Origin: Methanobacteriota archaeon | GTDB lineage: Archaea; Thermoplasmatota; Thermoplasmata; SG8-5; JAGLSY01 | DNA length: 64,000 nt | Direction of reading: 5' to 3' | Assembly: GCA_020697715.1 (NCBI GenBank) | Contig: JAEHCO010000001.1 | Span: forward strand, 746,149-810,148 | Shown here: one piece after another, positions 10,090 through 18,416 of the stretch | Layout of the letters: the number at the start of each line of letters is the position of its first letter | Position numbering within the stretch: the first letter of the stretch is position 1 | Translations under genes and position numbers: made by a program | Notes under the pieces: model-generated | Told to the model about the DNA's origin: nothing | What the model saw: the letters and a program-made list of their open reading frames with translations, nothing else | Database searches by the model: none

Positions 10090-10782
10090 ATGAGATCACA
10101 CTGGGTATTTGGTGTTGTAATAGTTCTATCACTTTTAGTTCCAGCTGTATCTGGGTATCCTCAATTGGACTACTATGTCACGGATGATGTCGGAGTCCTT
10201 TTGAGCGATGAGATATACCTCATCGAGCAGGTGTGTTCCGACATGTATTACGAGACCGGGGTGGAGATGGCCATCCTCATCGTGAATGATACTGGCGATG
10301 ATGATATAACCCTTTTCGCGGTAAAAACATTCGAAGAGAATGGCATAGGTCAAGAAGGCGAGGATAATGGCCTTCTTTTCATCATTGTCACTGGTACTGA
10401 TGAATGGCGTATCGAGGTTGGCTATGGTCTGCAAGGCACCTTGCCAGCTATTCTCGTTCATCATATCGCGGAGGATAATCTGGAACCCGCGATGGCACAG
10501 GGTGATTATTTCACCGGCATAGGCAGCACGGTGGCCGAGCTGGCTGATGAGATATTGGAGAATTATGATGGGGAGCCCGTGAAAAAAACAAGCCCTTATC
10601 CGATAAGCTGGCTGCCATTGACGGGTTTCCAATTACTGCTGGTGGGTGTGGTAATTATCGTAATGATAATAACCAAAGGCCAGTTGGTCCTCTGGATACT
10701 GCCCTTTCTCGGAGGCGGTAGTGGGAGAAAGAAATGGGGTGGCGGACGATCTGGTGGTGGAGGATCTAGAGGCAAGCTCTGA
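10090..10782 (+). CDS. TPM-domain protein (YgcG-like), usual LemA neighbour
   Basis: YVTDDVGVL, GIGQEGEDNGLL, RIEVGYGL.G, Gly-rich GGGRSGGGGS tail. Confidence 0.9.
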   Translation: MRSHWVFGVVIVLSLLVPAVSGYPQLDYYVTDDVGVLLSDEIYLIEQVCSDMYYETGVEMAILIVNDTGDDDITLFAVKTFEENGIGQEGEDNGLLFIIVTGTDEWRIEVGYGLQGTLPAILVHHIAEDNLEPAMAQGDYFTGIGSTVAELADEILENYDGEPVKKTSPYPISWLPLTGFQLLLVGVVIIVMIITKGQLVLWILPFLGGGSGRKKWGGGRSGGGGSRGKL

Positions 10783-11397
10783 TCAGCAGCTGCAGACCTT
10801 TTCTTCTTTCAGGACCGTGTATCCTTCTTTGAAGAGGAAAACAACCACAAGCAATCCCACTATCGGGTCTGCCTGCCAGAATCCCCACAGATAGTTGGAG
10901 CCAAGCCCGACCAGCAGGGCGATGGACAGGAACATGCACGTCAATGTTTGCTTGGAATCAGCTTCCAGGCTTTTGCTTCCCATGGACCTGGCAGTATGGT
11001 TCTTGGTATAGAACAGAATGGGCATGACAATGAGGGAGGTAATGGCCAGAGCTATCCCCAAAAGGCTTGGATCAGGAATCTCCTGCAAATATAATTTCTT
11101 CACAGATTCATACAGAACATAGGAGCCAAGGATGAAGAAGGTGTAGCCGATGAGTTTAATGGCCTTCTTTTCGATCTTATCTTCTTCTGCCCCGCAAACA
11201 TCCTTCTTGCTGCCGAACCTCCATATCATGATGCAACCAGACAGGGATTCCACAAAGCTGTCCAACCCGAATCCTACCAGGGAAACACTGCCAGTCAATG
11301 AACCAGCAAAGAGAGCGAACATCCCCTCGATCACATTGTAACCCACTGTGAAATATGAAAGAAATAGAGCTCTCTTGTGGAAATCTGCCTTATTCAT
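10783..11397 (-). CDS. Cation efflux (CDF-like) membrane transporter
   Basis: YNVIEG, SLVGFGLDSFVE, LEADSKQT..C, WQADP; multiple TM helices. Confidence 0.85.
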   Translation of the reverse strand: MNKADFHKRALFLSYFTVGYNVIEGMFALFAGSLTGSVSLVGFGLDSFVESLSGCIMIWRFGSKKDVCGAEEDKIEKKAIKLIGYTFFILGSYVLYESVKKLYLQEIPDPSLLGIALAITSLIVMPILFYTKNHTARSMGSKSLEADSKQTLTCMFLSIALLVGLGSNYLWGFWQADPIVGLLVVVFLFKEGYTVLKEEKVCSC

Positions 11398-11595
11398 TAT
11401 AATGGCAATCTATTAACAATTGATAATAATTTCGCCATCTTTTGATATTAGACCTAGCCATGGGCTTTCCCAGGGAAATCCCACACTGGATTTATTAGCA
11501 TAATTTTACATTATTATTGATAGGAGGTCAAATTACTGATGCATAGCCAGTAATTCCAACCTCCTTGAAAATAAATTGATAAGGAGGTTAAAACT

Positions 11596-11694
11596 ATGAA
11601 CTGCGTAACCTGCAAGGTTTGGGTCAAGATGGCACGCGATGCCGCTCAGCGAGTGTGCACGGCCTGCCAGCAGCAGACATCCAATCCGGTATGA
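11596..11694 (+). CDS. Putative 32-aa double-CxxC zinc-finger microprotein (not in ORF track)
   Basis: AAGGAGGT SD then ATG; MNCVTCKVWVKMARDAAQRVCTACQQQTSNPV*. Confidence 0.55.
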   Translation: MNCVTCKVWVKMARDAAQRVCTACQQQTSNPV

Positions 11695-11830
11695 CTACAG
11701 GGAAATGATGCAGTTCATGGAAGTGATAAAATAATAAGCAAAATGGAAGCTCACCTCCTACTGCATCTCCTCTAACTCATAGAATAGGCCAGTCAGCTCA
11801 ATACTGGCCTTTGATTTTTTATTTATAACA

Positions 11831-12721
11831 CTATTTTGATGACAAGGATCTATTCTTTTTATTCCTTCTGATCTTCTTTGACCTTTCCGCCTTTTTGGAA
11901 TATCTGGCCAATAGATAAATAAGCATAATTCCAAAGGCAGCCGGCAGGAGGATGCTGCCAATCATGTCACTGTCCATATCGATATTATCATACGGGAGAC
12001 GAAGGGCTCCGAGCATCAGGCCAGTGAGGAAAGAAATGGTCTGATACTTCCATTTTTTAATCACTATATTGAGGATCTTGGAGAAGGCCAGCAAGCCGAT
12101 TATAGCTCCCAGCATGAAGGCGAATATGTCCACCAGGACCAGGGTCTTGAGTGAATGAAGCATGTACTCGTATTGATTGAGAAATAATAGGATGAGAGCT
12201 CCGGATATTCCTGGCAATATCATGGCGCAGATCGCCACTATGCCAGATAGGAAAATGATGGGCAAGTCATGACCTATTGTCAGGGAGGTCATACCGACAA
12301 AAAGATAGGCGAAGGAAAAGCCAATGAGCAGTAGGGAGATATTGGTAGCTGTCTTCTGCCTTATGCCCATGAATAACATCGCGGCGGATGCCAGTATTAT
12401 CGCGAAAAAGAATGAATAAATTTCAGTCGTGTGGTGTTCCAGAAGATAGCCCATGATATTGGACATCAGAAGAAAGGCCAGGGCGATCCCGCTTCCAAGT
12501 GGAATAAAGAATTCCAGATCCAGTTTCTTATCCTTGGCGACATCCTTTCTCTTAATGGTGTTGATAAGGGTTTCCTTATTAACCTGGCTGATGCCGTGAA
12601 CCAGCCTCTCATAGATGCCAGTAATGAGAGCGACAGTGCCGCCGGACACACCCGGAACTATGTCCGCCATGCCCATGGTCATGCCTTTGAAGAAGATCGA
12701 GCCAGATTCTTTTGGATTCAT
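11831..12721 (-). CDS. DUF368 (PopT-like) membrane protein
   Basis: KGMTMGMADIVPGVSGGTVALITGIYERL and AMILPGISG motifs; start trimmed to ATG 12721. Confidence 0.88.
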   Translation of the reverse strand: MNPKESGSIFFKGMTMGMADIVPGVSGGTVALITGIYERLVHGISQVNKETLINTIKRKDVAKDKKLDLEFFIPLGSGIALAFLLMSNIMGYLLEHHTTEIYSFFFAIILASAAMLFMGIRQKTATNISLLLIGFSFAYLFVGMTSLTIGHDLPIIFLSGIVAICAMILPGISGALILLFLNQYEYMLHSLKTLVLVDIFAFMLGAIIGLLAFSKILNIVIKKWKYQTISFLTGLMLGALRLPYDNIDMDSDMIGSILLPAAFGIMLIYLLARYSKKAERSKKIRRNKKNRSLSSK

Positions 12722-12914
12722 ATTATACCTGCTGTGGGTATATGTCTCAATATTTAATAATGGTGGGTTTCGGAAAGGTGGATATTCTCTATGAGGGTGT
12801 GTGGGTTTCAATTTGTTATGCTGGGTGAGGATAAGGACCCCGCCCGCCAGCTGAGAAAACAATACGATTTAGACGGGGCATGACCCCACCTATTAAAATT
12901 CAGATCTAACAATT

Positions 12915-14684
12915 CTATCCAGAATAATAGTACTCGCCAGAACTCTTCTGCTCGCGGTCGAGTCGGCTACCATCTTTGTTAATTCTCGGCCTATTGGTAT
13001 CAGTATCCCGCCTGAAAGTTATATTGACATCTTTCAGGAATTGGTTCATACCGATCCTCATTCCGTAAGGCCCAGCTCCATGGCCTTTAACAGATGGCTC
13101 ACCATCGAATACCATCAAGGAATCTGCCACCATGTCGATGAAGTACACGTCGTGATCGACGATCATGCCAGACTTGCCGGATTTCTCCATCACGCGGCGT
13201 ATGGTTCGGGCAGCTTCCATTCTCTGATTCGAATCCAGGTAAGCGGATGGTTCATCAATAAGGTAGATATCGGCCTCCCTTCCAAGGGCGAGGGCGATGG
13301 CAACTCGCTGCAATTCTCCACCGGAAATCGAGTCCACCATTCTGTCCATTATCGGCTCCAGGTTAAGGGGTGCGGCGATCTCCGCTTTGAAGAAGCCGGA
13401 CTCCATTGCTTTGCCAATCTGGCTTAATAGTAATATTCTAACAGATCCGTCAAAGTCCGGCTCGATATATTGTGGCTTGTAGGAAACTTTAACCTCCACT
13501 TCCACTGCGCCAGAATCGGGCTGAATTTCATTGGCTAACATCTTGACAAAAGTGGTCTTTCCGGTTGCATTCGAACCGACAATTCCGACCACTTCTCCAG
13601 CCTTGATCGTACCGGGTTCGGTCTCCATCTCGAAATTCTCGAACTTCTTCTTAAGGCTGTCAAAAGTTACGAGATCTGGAGCTGTCCAGTCCTCCCTCGG
13701 AGCCTTTGTTTCGAACTTGATAGATTTTGTGCGCACACGGATATTCTCTTCTTTAAGATAACCATCCAGATATGTATTGATCGCATTGCGTACGGTTCTC
13801 GGATGTGCGACCACACCGAAAGCTCCTTCCATCCCGTACATGAGATAGACATTATCAGCCAGGAAATCAAGGACCGCGAGATCGTGCTCGATGACCATCA
13901 CTTGGCTGTCTTTAGCCAGTGTCTGGATGGCCTTGGCGACATTCAATCGCTGGTAAATGTCGAGATAAGATGATGGCTCATCGAAGAAATAAATATCCGC
14001 GTCCTTGAGGAAGGTGGCGGCTATGGCCACCCTTTGAAGCTCTCCTCCGGATAATTTCCCCAATTCGCGCTCCATACAGTGTTCGATGAAAAGCTCTTGA
14101 CTTACTTCGTCCAGGCGACCGGAATCATCAACTTTTTTGAGCAGTTCACTGACCCTGCCAGTATGCACTTTGGGGAGCATGTCCACGTACTGCGGTTTCA
14201 TGGCAGTTCGAATCTCACCCTCGGATACCTTCTGAAGGTAATTGACCATCTCGGTCCCTGCGTATTTTTCCAGAACATATTCCCATGTGGAATCAGTATC
14301 CAGATTCCCCATGTTTGGAATTTCCTCTCCGGATAATATGCGGATGGCCGTGGTCTTTCCGATACCATTTGGCCCGAGAATTCCGATAACATCTCCTTCT
14401 CTGGGTACTGGCAGTCTGTAAAGCTGGAAGCCATTGACACCATATTGCTGGACAAGTTCTCCTTCCAGCTCTTCTGGAAGACCTATGATCCTTATCGCGT
14501 CAAAGGGGCATTTGTTTATGCAAATTCCGCAGCCCACGCATAGCTCTTCGGAGATGATCGGCTTGGTATCTGGACCCACAACTATGGTCTCGTCACCACT
14601 TCGAACACGAGGACAGAATTTGATGCACTCGATATTACACCGCTTTGGCTGGCATCTGTCTTTTAGCAGAACTGCTATGCGCAT
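12915..14684 (-). CDS. rli1: ABCE1/Rli1 ribosome recycling ATPase with Fe-S domain
   Basis: N-terminal C.PKRC...C...CP and CVGCGIC...CPF Fe-S motifs; two ABC cassettes (GPNGIGKTT, LSGGELQR, DEPS). Confidence 0.96.
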   Translation of the reverse strand: MRIAVLLKDRCQPKRCNIECIKFCPRVRSGDETIVVGPDTKPIISEELCVGCGICINKCPFDAIRIIGLPEELEGELVQQYGVNGFQLYRLPVPREGDVIGILGPNGIGKTTAIRILSGEEIPNMGNLDTDSTWEYVLEKYAGTEMVNYLQKVSEGEIRTAMKPQYVDMLPKVHTGRVSELLKKVDDSGRLDEVSQELFIEHCMERELGKLSGGELQRVAIAATFLKDADIYFFDEPSSYLDIYQRLNVAKAIQTLAKDSQVMVIEHDLAVLDFLADNVYLMYGMEGAFGVVAHPRTVRNAINTYLDGYLKEENIRVRTKSIKFETKAPREDWTAPDLVTFDSLKKKFENFEMETEPGTIKAGEVVGIVGSNATGKTTFVKMLANEIQPDSGAVEVEVKVSYKPQYIEPDFDGSVRILLLSQIGKAMESGFFKAEIAAPLNLEPIMDRMVDSISGGELQRVAIALALGREADIYLIDEPSAYLDSNQRMEAARTIRRVMEKSGKSGMIVDHDVYFIDMVADSLMVFDGEPSVKGHGAGPYGMRIGMNQFLKDVNITFRRDTDTNRPRINKDGSRLDREQKSSGEYYYSG

Positions 14685-14810
14685 GAGATGTTGTAATCAA
14701 AACTTGGATTTAAAATAATTGGGTGATAGTATAAACAAATCAGCAATAAACATTATACATAGGTTCACCATTTAGTAGAATATTAGTAGAACAATAAGGG
14801 GATCGTACAC

Positions 14811-15293
14811 ATGGTGGAAAGTAAATTAGATATCATACAGGCAATTGAGATCGCGATGCAAGAGGAACTGGCAGCTGCTGGTTTCTACAATTTGGCGATG
14901 AAGAAAGTGAAAGATGAGAGGGCGATCATGATGCTGAACCAATTGGTGAGGTTCGAGCAGCATCATTATGAGAAGCTGGTGGAGCTAAGGAACTCGCTGG
15001 AAGCTGATGGGAAGTTCATCAAATATGATGGGATCGAGTTCGCTCTGCCACCCAGCACACCCGAGGCCGCAGGTCGCATCGAGGATAATAAGATCGAGAT
15101 ACTGGACATACTCAGCATCGCTATCAAGACCGAGGAGAATGCCAAGAATAAATATCTTGAACTGGTCGAGAGGACTGATATTCCTGAGGGGAAGGAGATG
15201 TTCACCAGGCTGGCTAAGGAAGAAGAGATGCACTGGCGTATCTTGAGCGATGAGCATTACCATCTCACGAACGATGGTATGTGGGGTATCTGA
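14811..15293 (+). CDS. Ferritin-like/rubrerythrin-family diiron protein
   Basis: Duplicated A...E..A..FY ... ExxH half-domains (FEQHH, EEEMH). Confidence 0.85.
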   Translation: MVESKLDIIQAIEIAMQEELAAAGFYNLAMKKVKDERAIMMLNQLVRFEQHHYEKLVELRNSLEADGKFIKYDGIEFALPPSTPEAAGRIEDNKIEILDILSIAIKTEENAKNKYLELVERTDIPEGKEMFTRLAKEEEMHWRILSDEHYHLTNDGMWGI

Positions 15294-15319
15294 ACTACCA
15301 GGTTTTAGACTGGTAGTTC
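15292..15319. terminator. Bidirectional hairpin between convergent genes
   Basis: GAACTACCAG-N8-CTGGTAGTTC perfect 10-bp inverted repeat at the ferritin-like stop. Confidence 0.5.
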
Positions 15320-15362
15320 TCTAGATAATTTCTATTCGATTAGCTGAAGCTTTAGATAAAGC

Positions 15363-18131
15363 TCAGTCAGATCTCCTGAGCTTTCTCCAAACCACGGAGC
15401 CAATTAGCACGAGCAGAGGCAGGATATACAGTATGGTCAGATCGCTACCATCATCTGCCTTTTCCTCTGCCACTTGATCCAATGTGCCAGTCATATTCTG
15501 ATCCTCCGATGTTAGGGTCACTTCTTCCAATATTTCAGTCTCTATCTGATCAGTATCTGGATGGTCGATATCAAATATTGTAGCTTCTATTCTTATCATC
15601 AGATAGGTGTGATCGACATTTCCATAGATATCGGATATGGACAGTGTGACATTGTGATCACCTGGTTCGTCAAACACCCAGGTGGTGTTCATATCGAATG
15701 AATCCGCAATTCCATCAAAATCCATATCCCATGAGTAGTTGGATAGCTCATATCCGCAAGTGGAGCTGGAAGCCGAGAAATTGATGGTCATGTTCGTCAT
15801 CAGAACACCAGTGGCTGTTATGACTGGCCTTGGCTTTTCCATCTCGTCCTTCCAATCGTATCCAAATACCTGGGTGAAATAATCGGCTATTTCTCCATTT
15901 TCCACGATGATGCCCACTTCCCTGTTCCGTGTGCATGAGTTCTCGTTCCAATTTATGCTGGATATCAAGGTTTTCGAACCATCGACCACCATGCCTTTGG
16001 TGTGGACCTTGGTGAATATGTGTGTGCCGGACCTGACAAGCCTTGCCTCGATGTCCAGTTCCTCTGTTTCAGCCAATGAATTTAGGTATGCGACAGTGTC
16101 GTCATTGTCATTGTAATCCTCGAATTTGATATTATAATCTGAAGAATCCAAAAGCACCTTGACGGAACAGCCTCGCCTGGCAGCGTCTATGAGGGCTGCC
16201 AGGTAGGGATTGAGCTGTGGCCAGGAACCATCCGCATTTCGCTTTCCCCAATGCAGGTCGATGTAGAATTGCTCGACCAGTATAGTGTCCTCTGCGGAGT
16301 TGATAAGATTCATCAAGGGGTCTTCCGGGGTGAGGGACATATCTGGATAGATCACGGCGGTCACATTCGATGTGGATGTGCTGGTCTGCTGCTCGAAGAT
16401 GGGCTCCAGTGTCTTGTCCATCATTGGGTTGAAGATATCAGATACCGTATTTGGTTCGAACTCATGCACATCTTCCCAGTCCACTTTCCAATCATTGTAG
16501 AAGACATGTGAAAAATATTCTGCCAATCCCTCATCGTCTATGGCGACCCCCCAACCACGATTGCCTGTGGTTCCCGGAACTGGCACGCCACTTTTCTTCC
16601 AATTCTCGGTCATGACGATTGTTGTTGAATTATCTGCCACCATGTATTTCGCATGATTGAAATTGTACCTGGTCTCGATCTTGGGATTGGAAGGGTTCTG
16701 TGTATGCACCTGGGCTCCGGCCAGTGACAACCATGATAGTAGCTCTTCTTCCGCATCCGGCATGCCGCCGACAGGTGAACCATCCACCAGGATCATCACA
16801 TCCACACCTCTTGAAAGTGCGGTGTGAAGTGATGTGGCCAGATTGTAGTCCGTGAACTCATAGAGATTGAGCGAAATTCCGATCTCGGCATTTTCAATAA
16901 TATCAATGATAGCATCCATTGAACAATCTGGAGACACAAAAGCAGTGGTCTGGCCGGATGTTTGGAAGTATCCGGATGATACGCTGGATTGACCAGCCTT
17001 GATGGTCTTGGACATATCCCAATCCAATGAGGAATCCGTGTCCAGATAAGTTCCATTGATCATCATTCTCTTGACTATCTCATATGAACCATCCACCTTC
17101 ACTGCCGCCCCTGTCCAGCCTTCCCCGCTGTGGGTGGAATCTCCGAAGACAAAAGCATCTGCAACATCGAGGCCAGTGTTCACAAGGAATATCTCATCCC
17201 CATCATTCGCCATCGTGGGGCTTGACTTGGGCACACTGAGGCCATCCATGATCGATCGCCCTGTATAGGCGAATTCCGGATACTGGAGGGTCATCTCATA
17301 ATACCGGGTTCCATTGTCCGCTATTGCCATTACTTCGCCTGGCAGGATGACAGTTCCTTTATCAAAAACAGCCAAACCCTCGCCATCGGTGATCCCACAC
17401 ATGCTCAGATCGATGGATCCATTGGTCGGATTCATTATCTGGATGAACTCACCGCCAAGTTTTGCATCCGGGCAGACGGCGGTGATCAGAACACCGCTGA
17501 TATTCCTGGATAAGGAGCCAGGTGTTGGGAGTGACTGGCTCCATCTGTCTCCCTCTTTCACATATGAATAGCCTTCGGAAATGAATGATAGATTGGATCT
17601 CTGACCAAGCTCCATTGGCGGAAGGTCCACCGAGCTACCATCACCATAACTTATGAAATCCACAGGATGGTCAGTATTGTTCCTAAGTAGTATATCGTCA
17701 CCAGTACCAGTAAGCAAGGAGGATGTCTTGTTCATGAACAGATACCATGCTCCCTCGGTCGCATTATAGCTCGGTATGCCGCAGTTGACATGAACAACTG
17801 CGAATTCGCCAGGGGCCAGAGTGATATTCGGAAATACCATATCCACGCCTCCATCCTGATCACTAAGGGTCCAATTCAGGATATTGTGATGTTCCGTTCC
17901 CATGTTCTGCAATTCGATGAATTCCCCTTCCAGTTCCAATCCAAGAGGATCATAGAGGAACTCGCTGATGAATATCTCATTAGATGGGATGGTGGTGATG
18001 GTGTCCATCGTCTGTAATGGAACTACATCTGATGCGGCCGTGTTCATTGCCGTTCCGCAAAGGTTGATCATTGTCAGGGCGATTATCAGGGTTGCTATCA
18101 GTGTCTTTTTCATCTTATCACTGAAGCCCAA
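15363..18131 (-). CDS. Secreted phospholipase D-family protein with two lamin-tail domains, PKD domain and C-terminal TM anchor
   Basis: IFISEFLYDP..EFIEL.N and EFIQI.N lamin-tail motifs; HAKYMVAD and HTKGMVVD HKD motifs; YSWDMDFDG PKD motif; terminal TM. Confidence 0.88.
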   Translation of the reverse strand: MGFSDKMKKTLIATLIIALTMINLCGTAMNTAASDVVPLQTMDTITTIPSNEIFISEFLYDPLGLELEGEFIELQNMGTEHHNILNWTLSDQDGGVDMVFPNITLAPGEFAVVHVNCGIPSYNATEGAWYLFMNKTSSLLTGTGDDILLRNNTDHPVDFISYGDGSSVDLPPMELGQRSNLSFISEGYSYVKEGDRWSQSLPTPGSLSRNISGVLITAVCPDAKLGGEFIQIMNPTNGSIDLSMCGITDGEGLAVFDKGTVILPGEVMAIADNGTRYYEMTLQYPEFAYTGRSIMDGLSVPKSSPTMANDGDEIFLVNTGLDVADAFVFGDSTHSGEGWTGAAVKVDGSYEIVKRMMINGTYLDTDSSLDWDMSKTIKAGQSSVSSGYFQTSGQTTAFVSPDCSMDAIIDIIENAEIGISLNLYEFTDYNLATSLHTALSRGVDVMILVDGSPVGGMPDAEEELLSWLSLAGAQVHTQNPSNPKIETRYNFNHAKYMVADNSTTIVMTENWKKSGVPVPGTTGNRGWGVAIDDEGLAEYFSHVFYNDWKVDWEDVHEFEPNTVSDIFNPMMDKTLEPIFEQQTSTSTSNVTAVIYPDMSLTPEDPLMNLINSAEDTILVEQFYIDLHWGKRNADGSWPQLNPYLAALIDAARRGCSVKVLLDSSDYNIKFEDYNDNDDTVAYLNSLAETEELDIEARLVRSGTHIFTKVHTKGMVVDGSKTLISSINWNENSCTRNREVGIIVENGEIADYFTQVFGYDWKDEMEKPRPVITATGVLMTNMTINFSASSSTCGYELSNYSWDMDFDGIADSFDMNTTWVFDEPGDHNVTLSISDIYGNVDHTYLMIRIEATIFDIDHPDTDQIETEILEEVTLTSEDQNMTGTLDQVAEEKADDGSDLTILYILPLLVLIGSVVWRKLRRSD

Positions 18132-18321
18132 CTGCCCCTATGCGCATATAAACGAAGTCGATTCTTGTAGGCTATATGTAGGGTATTGTTTTCCATAAAT
18201 ATTTCAAATCCAGATATGATCTTTGTAACAGATGAGCAAAAAGCATTGGCTAGTATCTTTATTTGCTGGCCACTCAGCGACCATTTTATTTAAATTACAA
18301 GTAGCAAGGCTACCTGGGCAA

Positions 18322-18329
18322 TTTATAAA
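18322..18329 (+). promoter_or_regulatory. Putative TATA box upstream of the array
   Basis: TTTATAAA ~90 nt before ATG 18417; flanked by short dyads GTAGC-AAG-GCTAC (18301-18313) and ATACAAC-GTCT-GTTGTAT (18360-18377). Confidence 0.4.
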
Positions 18330-18416
18330 TATATATTGTTGTAATACATGCGTATATTGATACAACGTCTGTTGTATAACTATAGACTCAGGGTGGGGGT
18401 CTTTGGAGGAATATTA

